From a virus, in the IMG/VR virus record IMGVR_UViG_3300020157_000001, positions 27,206 through 91,205 of that record: 64,000 nt of DNA; one strand, given 5' to 3'. Every line of letters starts with the position of its first letter. The first letter of the stretch is position 1. The notes beneath the pieces are model-generated. The model was not told the DNA's origin. It saw only the letters and a program-made list of their open reading frames with translations, and did no database searches. The translations under genes and the position numbers were made by a program. Below, piece after piece: positions 38,153-47,862 of this stretch.

Positions 38153-38958
38153 TGGAAGAAGATGTCACTTACGTAGGTAACAGGGGGGTCGCCTTCCACA
38201 AACACGTCCTCGCGAAGTGGATCGCCTTCATCAGCAGTGTGAATCATACCGCTATCAATAGCTGGCCACAGGCGTTCGATTGGACTGTAGTCTCCAACCT
38301 CACGCTCACGGTAGATGGGAACAAGGCGTTCTGTGGTGTGACTGCGGCGGCGAAGAGTAAATACTTCGATGCGGTCAAGGCCAACATTAAGAGCCTGTGC
38401 TCGCTTCTTGTATTCTTCTTGCCAGTATGACAGCAACCCCTGAACCATACGGTATCGCTGAGATGCTGATATATGCACGCTCTCGGATGTGATGACATCA
38501 ATGTCTCGGCTGAACTCTGACACTAGCCCCCAGAGAGCTTCAACCAGAGTGAGGACGCCTACAAGGTCACGAACTACGGGAGCCAAGTTATCCAAAGGAG
38601 TATGGATATTATGAGTAATGAGATTGATAGCCATTTCGGAGTAGAAATCAAGGTCATCATCGGATAACCACTCGTAGTGATATCCCTCTACTAGAAGTTT
38701 GTAAGCATCAACTAGGGGTGTCTTGAGACGGAGGATGCTGTTTCGGGAATCCAAATCGTATTGAGTTGACGAAAGAACGGTAGCTGATCCTGCCGATGCG
38801 CTGTTTGATATATACGCACACCATAACGATGTGGGGTCGATATTAGGAGACGACAACTCATAGGTTCTACCTGACGGGGAGAACTCCATCTGGAAGAAGG
38901 TGGGAAAGTCTCTCAGGTAGTTCCGTGCTACCCTAATGATATTGGCTTTAGTTTCCAT
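38149..38958 (-). CDS. Putative head-tail adaptor (neck protein)
   Basis: Synteny; GGAG RBS before ATG 38958. Confidence 0.6.
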   Translation of the reverse strand: METKANIIRVARNYLRDFPTFFQMEFSPSGRTYELSSPNIDPTSLWCAYISNSASAGSATVLSSTQYDLDSRNSILRLKTPLVDAYKLLVEGYHYEWLSDDDLDFYSEMAINLITHNIHTPLDNLAPVVRDLVGVLTLVEALWGLVSEFSRDIDVITSESVHISASQRYRMVQGLLSYWQEEYKKRAQALNVGLDRIEVFTLRRRSHTTERLVPIYREREVGDYSPIERLWPAIDSGMIHTADEGDPLREDVFVEGDPPVTYVSDIFFQ

Positions 38959-39115
38959 GAGCTTCCTCCCAATCGGCACTTCCTAAGCCTTGGATAACGT
39001 CCATTGCAGCTTGGTTAACGCCGGGGTGGGCATCTCTGAATTTATGCGTGGTTGTGCCACGGCGCAGAGAGTGGTCAGCTAAAGTTCCACTATCAATAGG
39101 TGGGATGCTAGTCAC
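38948..39115 (-). CDS. Small hypothetical protein
   Basis: GTGA overlap with upstream stop; fills the gap. Confidence 0.5.
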   Translation of the reverse strand: MTSIPPIDSGTLADHSLRRGTTTHKFRDAHPGVNQAAMDVIQGLGSADWEEAHGN

Positions 39116-40641
39116 AGCGCCCGAATGATCCAACGAATATACTTAGAAGCCTGAACCATGCTCATAGCGGTTCCGCTACCCACGGTGTTGGTAGATGCCC
39201 CCGTACCAGAAGTACCGTTAGACATGGTTGCACTTGATGTGGCGTTACCCACTGGCTGGCCAGTACTGGTGAGGGTGTGACTGTGATCACCTATGATTCC
39301 ACCGTTGGTGATAGGAGTATGAGTGTGGGAAGCAGCCGCCGTTAGAGTTGCAGCATCTACTATAAAAGGTTGAAGAGTTACCGTTCCTCCTGCTGGAGAT
39401 GAAGTGTTAATGGTTACTAAACTCGCACCAATAGCAGTACCGCCAGCGCCGTAGTATGACATTGTTCCAAATCCTCCAGCACCAAAGGATGTTCCTCCGT
39501 TGCGAAGATAGGTGCCAGTTAGTCCGACCTGAGAGTCTGTAGTAGGAGTCATGGTAATAGCATGGCCATGATCTCCAGTACCTGTAGCGGGAGAGACGGG
39601 TGCAGCCGTGTTGCTCAGCACTCCAGAGGTATGGGTATGGCCGAAGGTATGAGTGTGATCCACCAAGTGTTGGTGGACTGCCATTTCACCTACTGTCATT
39701 GACCGAGTATCTGAACCGACTGATGCACCGGGAGAAGTAGATTGACCGGAGGTATTAGTGGTAGTACCTTTAGGAACGTACCCACCACTACCATTAAAGT
39801 CAGGAATATAGAAGTGGGTGGAATCTGCAACTCCATATAAGGCACCTGATGCATAAGTACCAAACAATGTTGGGTAATCAGTCCTAGTTAAAGACTGCCC
39901 GTCAGCGGACAGATATCCACTAGGAAGATTTCCTATTGTTGGCCACCCAATCATTCCACCGATAGGTATAAACGCTGCGGGGGCATTAGCTGCCAACTCA
40001 GTCCAGTTACCATCTGAGGCACCTACGTACAGGTTTGAACCTGACCCTGAGGGGGCGGAGGCATTGTTGTAGTACAACTGCCCTTTTGTAGCGGTGCCTG
40101 CGGTAGGAACGGCAGCGGCCTGCTTGCTTACAAGCTGTGTCTTACCGAAAGCTCGCTTGTCTACGATATGAGTAGAGCCAACAGTTGCAGCAACTGGACG
40201 GTAAATAGCAGCCAATATAACGTCAGTATTACTATCGAAATGTATTGTGCTATCAAAGGTAGCAGTTGTAATAGCCCTAGACGCGGGGTACGTAGGGTTG
40301 GTAGCGTTCTCTGTTCCACGTATAACAGCCAACGCTGCCACTGTGCTACTACTCGCTCGGATAACAACGAGGTCAAACCTCTTGTCAGTGGGAGTGGGGG
40401 TCGGAAGCGACAGGGCAGAGTTGGCTGCAATAGTGTAGTAGTTACCGTCTATCACTACTGAAGCAGCAGAGACGTTAACGGTAGTGCTATTACTGTTAGT
40501 GGTTACTGCCCCACCCGATATAACGAACGTGCGGGAGATGTTACCGAGAGCTTCAAAGTCAAGAGAGTCTGGCTCACTTTGATCTAGGACAGCAAAGGGA
40601 GTGCCAGTTGCATCGGGGGCGTTAGGCAGTAGGTATGTCAT
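39112..40641 (-). CDS. Fibre protein with phage tail collar domain and HxH motifs
   Basis: PIGGMIGW..PSGYLSADGQ..DYPTLF collar; HQH, HTH, HGH, HSH; YIRWIIRA end. Confidence 0.85.
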   Translation of the reverse strand: MTYLLPNAPDATGTPFAVLDQSEPDSLDFEALGNISRTFVISGGAVTTNSNSTTVNVSAASVVIDGNYYTIAANSALSLPTPTPTDKRFDLVVIRASSSTVAALAVIRGTENATNPTYPASRAITTATFDSTIHFDSNTDVILAAIYRPVAATVGSTHIVDKRAFGKTQLVSKQAAAVPTAGTATKGQLYYNNASAPSGSGSNLYVGASDGNWTELAANAPAAFIPIGGMIGWPTIGNLPSGYLSADGQSLTRTDYPTLFGTYASGALYGVADSTHFYIPDFNGSGGYVPKGTTTNTSGQSTSPGASVGSDTRSMTVGEMAVHQHLVDHTHTFGHTHTSGVLSNTAAPVSPATGTGDHGHAITMTPTTDSQVGLTGTYLRNGGTSFGAGGFGTMSYYGAGGTAIGASLVTINTSSPAGGTVTLQPFIVDAATLTAAASHTHTPITNGGIIGDHSHTLTSTGQPVGNATSSATMSNGTSGTGASTNTVGSGTAMSMVQASKYIRWIIRAL

Positions 40642-40650
40642 TTGTGTCCC

Positions 40651-40887
40651 TTACAGAGTGTCGTAAATGTTACCAGCAGACAGCAGATAATGGTAGAGAT
40701 CAAGAGGAAGGTCATAGCGTTGCTTATCCACGAAGTCGTAGTAAGTACCATCAAAGTGCAAAGTCCAAGTACCCTTGACTCGTCCAGACTTGATGTATGG
40801 GTTGACCACCACTTCTGGAGAGGAGTCCACAACAACTGCCTCTGGTTCCTCGGTAAATGCTTCAACTGCTTTTTGTAATGCGCTCAT
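40651..40887 (-). CDS. Hypothetical protein after capsid gene
   Basis: AAGGAG RBS. Confidence 0.7.
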   Translation of the reverse strand: MSALQKAVEAFTEEPEAVVVDSSPEVVVNPYIKSGRVKGTWTLHFDGTYYDFVDKQRYDLPLDLYHYLLSAGNIYDTL

Positions 40888-40949
40888 AGAGGTATTCTCC
40901 TTATGGTATGAAATTACACTTACTGCTACAACTATACCATAGGGTATAT

Positions 40950-40979
40950 GGAAAGGCCCCCCTTGCGGGGGGCCTTCCC
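40950..40979 (-). terminator. Intrinsic terminator after major capsid gene
   Basis: GGGAAGGCCCCCC-GCAA-GGGGGGCCTTTCC hairpin. Confidence 0.8.
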
Positions 40980-41006
40980 ACTAATATCAGAAGCGAGGTA
41001 CTACCA

Positions 41007-42113
41007 TTACGAGATAGCGCCACCCTTGGTAGCAATAAGAACTCGGCTTTCGTGAGTGATCACACCGAAGCCCCAAATCGAGTACCAAGCGAGGCCATGC
41101 TCACGACCGAAGTCAAGAACGCCGCCGTCTCGCAACTCAACTGGGAGGCTGATTGCGTGACCGAATGCGTTGTCACCGATCATAATTCCACCGTAAACGC
41201 CCGCTCCCAAGCTGCCTTGGCCACCGATAGCTATACCGGATTCAACCTGAGTGGTCTCAATGAAAACCACGTCGTAGATGCGGCCGATTTCACCAAGCAT
41301 GAAGTTACCGGGGGCGGCGTACTTCGATACTTCGATGAATTCTGGCCAGTCACGAAGCGAACGGCTCTGGGCTGGGTTCACGAAGCAAACATAAGTATCG
41401 CCAATGCGAGGAATGTTTGCCTGAGCAAGAACCGTGACGGCATCCTTGACAGTAGCTGGCGACATGAAACCAGCGTTATAAGCACCGGAAGAACCACCAG
41501 TTACAAGGCTAGCGCTAGTAGACGCACTGAGGCTTGCGCTCAGAGTACCTGCATCGTACGGGGCGATTGCGCCACGGACTGAACCCAGCGTGGAGCGGCC
41601 GAATATGATGTTAGGAGGGGTAGAGGTAGTCGAACCGAATGGGCAACTGTTGGTGTACAGAGCGTTACGTGCCTCGTAGTCCATGGTCTGCGCCATGTGG
41701 CGACCGAGCAAACGCGAGCTTGATGCCATCACGTCATCGAACGCTGCGTTGAGCAACAGTTCGGTAACTGCAACGGCCTTACCGCGCTCTGCCACCGTGA
41801 TCGAAATCTGGCTAGCGGTGAGGTTAACCGGCTCCATACGAACACCTTCAACGAGCGACGCACCTGCCGAGGCGGAGATGTTGTTATAGCGCATGAAGTT
41901 AATCTGCAAACCGGGCTGAACACCAAGTTCCGTCTTCTTAACAGCGAACTGCTCAAAACGAAGGACTGGCATGGCCTGAAAGAGGATCTCTTTCGACCAA
42001 ATGGTCTGGATAGCGCCGGTAAGACCGAAAGCAGAACCAGAGGTGTAACCGCTAGTGGTAGTAATGTTGGCAGTTGACGTGATAGCGCCGCCTGCGGCTG
42101 CGGGGAAGGCCAT
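41007..42113 (-). CDS. Major capsid protein (N4-gp56-like, HK97 fold)
   Basis: IWSKEILFQAMPVLRFEQFA, GEIGRIYDVVFIET, DFGREHGLAWY; GGAGGA RBS. Confidence 0.92.
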   Translation of the reverse strand: MAFPAAAGGAITSTANITTTSGYTSGSAFGLTGAIQTIWSKEILFQAMPVLRFEQFAVKKTELGVQPGLQINFMRYNNISASAGASLVEGVRMEPVNLTASQISITVAERGKAVAVTELLLNAAFDDVMASSSRLLGRHMAQTMDYEARNALYTNSCPFGSTTSTPPNIIFGRSTLGSVRGAIAPYDAGTLSASLSASTSASLVTGGSSGAYNAGFMSPATVKDAVTVLAQANIPRIGDTYVCFVNPAQSRSLRDWPEFIEVSKYAAPGNFMLGEIGRIYDVVFIETTQVESGIAIGGQGSLGAGVYGGIMIGDNAFGHAISLPVELRDGGVLDFGREHGLAWYSIWGFGVITHESRVLIATKGGAIS

Positions 42114-42162
42114 GTTAAATCCTCCAAGGATTAGGTAGTTATGTTGTTAGGAGTGTTGCAAC

Positions 42163-42984
42163 TCACCCACGATATGGGCGAGTCTGTGCCATGAGCCTGT
42201 CTCGTACCTTAGCGTAATCCGCCAATGACATATTCTTAATGTCATTTGCTGTCACTGTCTGCTGCTCCATAATGTTGTCCAGTGGCCCGGTGGGGGCACC
42301 CCCAGTTGGGGATACCCCACGCAGTCGCTGCTGTTGCGTTGACTGCTGGATATTCTCAAGCATACTAGAAGATTTAGTTACAAGAGCCGAAATAGCCCTT
42401 TCTACTTCTTCTTCTGAATTTCCGAACCCAGATGTCTCTTCCAACAACTGTACAAATTCGGGAACAATAGATTCTGCAACTTCGTTGAGACGGCGGTTCT
42501 TATATGAGAGAACTGCTTGGAAGTGCTGCTCTTGAGCAAGGAGTGCTGCTGCTGCGTCGCGCTCAGCTTGAAGAGCATCAATTCTCTGACTCCAGCTATT
42601 CTCTGCTGCGGTAAGTTTCTGATTCCATTCTGACTCTTTAACAGAAATCAGTTCTTTGGCAGACAGCTCTTCTTGCTCACGTGCTTTACGAGCTTCGTCC
42701 TGACGATTGGCTTCCTCAGCCATAATTCGGGCAGCTTCTTCTCGCTCTTTTGTGTACTGGTCAAGTTGATTGGAAAGGAGGTTTACTCGTTCCTTTTCCT
42801 TCTCAATAGTCTGATACAACTTGTCCTTTTCCTGCTTGCGAATAGCCTCTACTTCTTCTTCGGTGAATACTCGACCGGGAGTAGAAGTGTTAGTAGCGGG
42901 GGGCGCTTTGGCAGGAACGTCAATAATGAAAGCAGACTCCGAAAGGTCGTTGAGCTGCTCTGGGGTAACTTGCTTAGCTGGCAT
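42163..42984 (-). CDS. Capsid scaffolding protein
   Basis: FTEEEVEAIRKQEKDKLY, long coiled coil, IKNMSLADYAKVRDRL end; between portal and MCP. Confidence 0.8.
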   Translation of the reverse strand: MPAKQVTPEQLNDLSESAFIIDVPAKAPPATNTSTPGRVFTEEEVEAIRKQEKDKLYQTIEKEKERVNLLSNQLDQYTKEREEAARIMAEEANRQDEARKAREQEELSAKELISVKESEWNQKLTAAENSWSQRIDALQAERDAAAALLAQEQHFQAVLSYKNRRLNEVAESIVPEFVQLLEETSGFGNSEEEVERAISALVTKSSSMLENIQQSTQQQRLRGVSPTGGAPTGPLDNIMEQQTVTANDIKNMSLADYAKVRDRLMAQTRPYRG

Positions 42985-43038
42985 GGGTTAATCCTCAAGT
43001 TGTTTGGCTAATAATGAAATGTATTGGAGACCGTATGG

Positions 43039-44727
43039 TTAGCTAGGTTCCGGTACTCGGGTTTGGGCAAGCTGCCCACCGAATGCTCGGGTTGTCAATT
43101 GGTTTACAACATCTCCATCGACTTGTACGCCGGGGAGAATTCCGTTACCGCCACCAGAAGTGCCGGTACTATTTACACCTTCACCACCGGCTGGTGCTGT
43201 CTCAACTGGACCGTATCCACCTTTTCCGGTGGGAGCCACTCCAGTCATAGCCATAACAGCCGCTGATATGTGTGATTGAATCATATCAAGAGCGCCTTGG
43301 TCGTAAGCGTCATCTCGCAGTTCTTGATAGATTTCTGCAATCTTTTCATTCGGGAACTCTTCGCCCAAAGCTGCAAGAGCACCACGCTTTGACTCAAGAC
43401 CAACAGCCATTTTAGCCTGAATTTCGTTGAGCTTAATAAGTACATCAACTGGAAGAGGCTCTGGCCAATGACAGGTAGTCCTGTATGTGTTGGGATTACG
43501 GGGGTCAAGAATAGTAAGTTGATCTGACTCTGGGGGCGATGATGATCCGGGAGTCCACTGCAATGTCTCAGGCTTGTGGACTGCTGAGGTACGAATAATC
43601 AATTCGTTGATGCGCTCAAGACCCTTAGAGAAATGAACCTTCTTCATAAAGTATCGGTTCATCATTGGCTGGTACTGAATAGCAAGTGCAACGCCTGAGG
43701 TGTTACTAATGGGCTGGGTCTTACCGAGGGCTGTCTCGGGGACACCAATCAATTCGTGCATAACCATTTTGATGAATGCGATGTATTGCATGGCTCCAGC
43801 CATTTCACCTGAGGACTCAAGGTTGAATACGTGGGCATCTTTGGGTAGACCTGCCCAGACCTTCTTAGCACCTCGCTCCAACTGTGAAGCTTTAGCACCT
43901 GTGATAATAGTCACGGGGGCTGAGTGATAATTGATGATGTCTGACACTTCAGTCATCTTGTCGTTTAGCTCACGGTTTAGAGAGATGATATCCCAGATAT
44001 CAGATTGGCCCCAAGGAGACGATGAGATGGTCACGTTGGGAATATGCACGATTGGAACAGTTCCAATAGGATTTGGATAGCTATCAATCAACTCATCATT
44101 GATGTACTGCTCAACCATGTCATCGGTGAGGATCTCCACGAATGTGAATACCTGACGAGTACCTTCTGGAGATGTGCCCCAGAAACGGTACTTCAGCTTA
44201 AACCGTTGTAACCGCTCACGGTCATGGGGGTGATACTCGGGAAACGCATGAGCAGGGTTGATCGGGATGATACGGATACGACCGGGGTGCTGGACACCGA
44301 TGCTGTCTTCCCATGGATCTTCGTAGGCAACCTTAACGAAGCAATCACCAGTAACGCTGGCGAGTTGACCCATCTCCCAAAGAGTGTGAGCCTTGTTGTT
44401 ATCCACTTCCCAGACATCGTGGAGAAGGCGGGGGATGATAGCTGAGTTCTCTTCGGGGGCACGGAACTGAATGGGCTTTCCAAAGCAGAAGTTGGTGATG
44501 TAGTCAGACAGGGCGCGGGTGTAGTTGAGAGTGATTGCCTCTTCGCCCATCTCACGTCGCTGCGAATGGTGGTGACCCAAGTACCACGCCCAGCACGATG
44601 CATACCGATTAAGGCGGGGGCCATGGACTTCAAACTCTTCGTCGGCAAGCTCAACCAGCCCCAATGGGGAAATGGCTATTGCAAGATCGCTAGAAGAGGC
44701 TCTACCTGAGGGAGACCAGAAGTCCAT
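43039..44727 (-). CDS. Portal protein
   Basis: ASVTGDCFVKV, PIVHIPN..WGQSD, SNTSGVAL. Confidence 0.9.
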   Translation of the reverse strand: MDFWSPSGRASSSDLAIAISPLGLVELADEEFEVHGPRLNRYASCWAWYLGHHHSQRREMGEEAITLNYTRALSDYITNFCFGKPIQFRAPEENSAIIPRLLHDVWEVDNNKAHTLWEMGQLASVTGDCFVKVAYEDPWEDSIGVQHPGRIRIIPINPAHAFPEYHPHDRERLQRFKLKYRFWGTSPEGTRQVFTFVEILTDDMVEQYINDELIDSYPNPIGTVPIVHIPNVTISSSPWGQSDIWDIISLNRELNDKMTEVSDIINYHSAPVTIITGAKASQLERGAKKVWAGLPKDAHVFNLESSGEMAGAMQYIAFIKMVMHELIGVPETALGKTQPISNTSGVALAIQYQPMMNRYFMKKVHFSKGLERINELIIRTSAVHKPETLQWTPGSSSPPESDQLTILDPRNPNTYRTTCHWPEPLPVDVLIKLNEIQAKMAVGLESKRGALAALGEEFPNEKIAEIYQELRDDAYDQGALDMIQSHISAAVMAMTGVAPTGKGGYGPVETAPAGGEGVNSTGTSGGGNGILPGVQVDGDVVNQLTTRAFGGQLAQTRVPEPS

Positions 44728-44782
44728 GGTGCTCGTTTCGTGTATAATGTAGGTCGCTTATATCCTACCACGCAGCGTAAAT

Positions 44783-45247
44783 CTATCTTACCTTTTGAGA
44801 CGTTATCAATGCAGTCTCAAAGTCCCATCCAGCATCTAATCTCTCCCAGAGTATCTTATATGATACTGCACATCTGGGATCTTCTGCCCACTGAGATAGA
44901 GATTGCTCCACCCCGTCAAACAGAACTATCTTGTTATTGCCCTTATTACGGTTCTGTTCGGTGACCGTTGCCCACCTACAGTTCTCTGGGCAGTAGTTGC
45001 CGTCAGAGTTGATGCGGTCAATAGTTAGCCCCGGCTCCCAACCTGACTCCATAGCCCACCTACGGAACATGGGGTAGCTATTCCATATAGCTTCTACACG
45101 AATACCTCTAGCACCATAGCGGTGGTAACGGTTGTGCTTAGGGTTCTCACAGCGGGCGTGCATTGTAGACCAAACTGGATACAGGTCTTCCTTGGATATG
45201 GCTACCTTAGCGAGGGGCTTCCTTCTTGGAAGGGGGTTCTTCTCCAT
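44783..45247 (-). CDS. HNH endonuclease
   Basis: W..M..RC..YGARGIRV..LTIDRINSDGNYCPENCRWAT..EQNRN. Confidence 0.9.
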   Translation of the reverse strand: MEKNPLPRRKPLAKVAISKEDLYPVWSTMHARCENPKHNRYHRYGARGIRVEAIWNSYPMFRRWAMESGWEPGLTIDRINSDGNYCPENCRWATVTEQNRNKGNNKIVLFDGVEQSLSQWAEDPRCAVSYKILWERLDAGWDFETALITSQKVR

Positions 45248-45486
45248 TACGTGAGTGTCTTTATCCCAGCAATGCAAGCGATGGGTATATTGAACGTCCC
45301 ACGAACGTCTCCCTCTTCAGTCTTGGTATGAGTCACCGTAATGTACTTCTTCGTCTTCTTGACGAGGATTCCTACTGTCACTACCTTCATACCTACAGCT
45401 ACAGCTTTGGGGGCAACCCACTCACCAAGGTGAGCGTCATGTGCGTCGTGCCATGAGATCTCAACGTAATGAAGTTTAGATGCCAT
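45247..45486 (-). CDS. Hypothetical phage protein
   Basis: VEISWHDAH..TVG..IP motif; coupled to neighbours. Confidence 0.65.
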   Translation of the reverse strand: MASKLHYVEISWHDAHDAHLGEWVAPKAVAVGMKVVTVGILVKKTKKYITVTHTKTEEGDVRGTFNIPIACIAGIKTLT

Positions 45487-46642
45487 AGATCTTCCCATTA
45501 TATAAAGCAGCACCATTGTGGAACGGAACCTGCTCGTAGAAGAATCGGTGATCACCATCGGTCTCGTATGTTACTACGCCCAGTCCTTGCTGCCAGTCTT
45601 CTACAACTGTGAGGGGGCGACCGTGGAGGTCAAGAGCACCTTTGGTGGAGGGTACTTCGCCAGTGGTCTTAGCGAGACAGCCGGGGGACGCAGCCATGAT
45701 TGTCTTAGCACCATCCCACTTATCGAACGTCTGCTCTGCCCACTCACGGCGGTGAATGTGACCGTACAGGACGCTCGTCTTCTCGCTGTGCAAGTAGACA
45801 TGGGCGGTGCTCCCGCTGGACTTTACGCGGGTACCGTGGATGACCTTGAGTCGTTCGTTGACCCAGAACTTGCCAGCAGGATACCCAGCGATGTACTCCA
45901 CATCGGACTCGTCAAGTCTGCACAGGTGGGGGACGCTGAGAACAGGCCAGCCCTCAGGAGTATTGCCCTGACGGAGACCAAAGGCTGCTGCTGCATTATC
46001 TAAAATGTAGTTGCAAAGTCTTTCCTCATGGTTGCCAGCGAGCCACACGATGCGTGCTGATGGGGCAACAGCCCTAATGCGGAACATCAAGGTAGTTGCG
46101 TAGTCAATAGCTTCTTGGGTGGTGCGGTTGAATGCTGGGCTAAGCCTGTATTTGCCAAACTCTGGAAGGTCTAGGTTGTCACCGACTAATACGACTAGTT
46201 CTGGATTGATCGACTTAGTAATAGAAAGAGCAAGATCAATAGCATCTTCATCGTGGGTTGATACAAGCCCGTCCTTCCCTTGGAAGTATCCTATTTGCAT
46301 ATCGGGCCATATGACTGCCCGCTGAAACTGCAAAGATGCCTTAACAGCTCCTGCTTTAGGAGCTGGGATCTTGACAGATGGGCCGGGTTGTACCACGGGC
46401 CATTCGGGGCCGGATTCCCACTTAGGACTAAGGACGATGGAAGCCATGTCCTTAACTTCTAGCTCTTCGTAAGCCTTGCCATTGGCATCGGTCTTACCTA
46501 CTTTGGCAAGTCCCTGATAAAGACGAACGTCTTTAATACGATGCAGTTGTCCTACGTCACTCGGCTCAATGCCGTTACGGGTAAGAAGATCTCGTATCGC
46601 CCCAAGGCCGACAGCGTAATCAAGGTCATTGGCTAATGTCAC
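45476..46642 (-). CDS. Calcineurin-like metallophosphoesterase
   Basis: PDMQ, GDNLD, GNHE, HG, GHIHR motifs. Confidence 0.88.
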   Translation of the reverse strand: MTLANDLDYAVGLGAIRDLLTRNGIEPSDVGQLHRIKDVRLYQGLAKVGKTDANGKAYEELEVKDMASIVLSPKWESGPEWPVVQPGPSVKIPAPKAGAVKASLQFQRAVIWPDMQIGYFQGKDGLVSTHDEDAIDLALSITKSINPELVVLVGDNLDLPEFGKYRLSPAFNRTTQEAIDYATTLMFRIRAVAPSARIVWLAGNHEERLCNYILDNAAAAFGLRQGNTPEGWPVLSVPHLCRLDESDVEYIAGYPAGKFWVNERLKVIHGTRVKSSGSTAHVYLHSEKTSVLYGHIHRREWAEQTFDKWDGAKTIMAASPGCLAKTTGEVPSTKGALDLHGRPLTVVEDWQQGLGVVTYETDGDHRFFYEQVPFHNGAALYNGKIYGI

Positions 46643-46904
46643 AGGAGCACCTCTCGTTGATGTGCTCGGAGATTACTGTCCTGCCGATTTCATGCCCCCA
46701 AGAACTCAGGGACTGCTCTAGCCATGCAGCAGTAAACGCTCGCTTATGTACCTGAAGGCTCTTATCTTCCCGAGCTTTCTCCACGTACAGAACTAACGCT
46801 TCACTGGTCGCTGGGTCAAGAGCCTTAATAAGCTCACCGAGTTTGCATCGCTTGGGAAGCGATCCTTCACCGTGCTTACGAAGAAGATCATCTACAAGTG
46901 CCAC
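46626..46904 (-). CDS. Hypothetical protein (possible HTH, C-terminal H/CxC)
   Basis: AGGAG RBS, GTG start; EHINERCSC. Confidence 0.65.
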   Translation of the reverse strand: MALVDDLLRKHGEGSLPKRCKLGELIKALDPATSEALVLYVEKAREDKSLQVHKRAFTAAWLEQSLSSWGHEIGRTVISEHINERCSCDISQ

Positions 46905-46938
46905 AGAAGACTCTCCTACTACATATAGGTAATGTCTT

Positions 46939-46968
46939 ACTATAGCCGATATACCACCGTCATGTCAA
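46939..46968 (-). promoter_or_regulatory. SigA-type promoter inside the late region
   Basis: TTGACA-18 nt-TATAGT. Confidence 0.7.
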
Positions 46969-47002
46969 CGTAAGCACGCCGTAACCATTAAAGGTGGGAA
47001 GA

Positions 47003-47107
47003 TTACTTGCTAACGGATTTCCTTGCCTTAGAGCACATAGCGCATTTGCATTTGCAGCCCTTCTCTGGCTTACCGGCCTTGCACTTACAATCACATGATG
47101 CACACAT
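47003..47107 (-). CDS. 34-aa cysteine-rich metallothionein-like peptide
   Basis: Not in ORF track: MCASCDCKCKAGKPEKGCKCKCAMCSKARKSVSK*, 8 Cys, AGAAAG RBS. Confidence 0.65.
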   Translation of the reverse strand: MCASCDCKCKAGKPEKGCKCKCAMCSKARKSVSK

Positions 47108-47129
47108 CAGTTTCACACTTTCTTTGTTG

Positions 47130-47405
47130 TTAGCAATCCCATGCCCGAAGGGACTTGTTGATTCTACTATTTGGATCATTAGCAGTCTTTGCAGAAGTGT
47201 TCTTCTTCTTCATGCCTTCCATACGATCACAGAACGACTCACGTCGTGCAGCACTCTTTGGGGACTTAGCTGCTTCGGCCTTCTTAACGGGGGGTTTCAG
47301 GTTGCTTCCGGGGTTGGCCTTCTCGTAGGACTTGCGCCCCTTCTCGTTCAGGCCACCCTTAGGATTCTTACCCTCTGCGCGAGTCCATGCTTCTGACTTA
47401 GCCAT
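47130..47405 (-). CDS. Basic DUF6321-like protein
   Basis: AWTRAEGKNPKGGLNEKGR..RRESFCDRM..SLRAWDC. Confidence 0.75.
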   Translation of the reverse strand: MAKSEAWTRAEGKNPKGGLNEKGRKSYEKANPGSNLKPPVKKAEAAKSPKSAARRESFCDRMEGMKKKNTSAKTANDPNSRINKSLRAWDC

Positions 47406-47414
47406 GCCCATTCC

Positions 47415-47849
47415 TTACTTAGTTGATGCTCGGAGCTGCCAGCCCCATTTGCTATGCATATCAATACGTTCTGCTAAGAAGTTAGCGATGCCCTGCTCGT
47501 CCTCATCCATTGCTGCTTTGAACGTCTTATTCAAACTAGCAATGATGGAGACGTTTGACTTAAGCAGAGCTTTAGCCATAGCGCTAGGGGACTGTTGGGC
47601 TGCACCAAAGTCGAAGGTACGAAGGCTCATAAACTGCTTCAGAGCAAAGGGGGCGTACTGGTCAAGTTTGCGAATGTTCTCAGCAATGGGGTCGATGGAG
47701 GAATACACATCCTCATAGATCGACTCAAAGAGAGAGTGATACTGAGAGAAGTCCTGACCCTCTACGTTCCAGTGGTAACCATGCGCCTGAAAATACATGG
47801 TTACCGCATCTCCCAAAAGGGATGAAAGGGCTTCAGTTAGCTTGCTCAT
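47415..47849 (-). CDS. dps: Dps ferritin-like DNA-protection protein
   Basis: HGYHWNVEG..F..YHSLFE..Y..D.IAENIR ferroxidase signature; HSKWGWQL. Confidence 0.92.
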   Translation of the reverse strand: MSKLTEALSSLLGDAVTMYFQAHGYHWNVEGQDFSQYHSLFESIYEDVYSSIDPIAENIRKLDQYAPFALKQFMSLRTFDFGAAQQSPSAMAKALLKSNVSIIASLNKTFKAAMDEDEQGIANFLAERIDMHSKWGWQLRASTK

Positions 47850-47862
47850 GTTGAGCTATATC

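Noticed and set aside
40908-41582. 224-aa plus-strand ORF and other plus-strand ORFs over core genes
   Set aside because: Antisense to well-supported genes, no RBS or recognisable motifs
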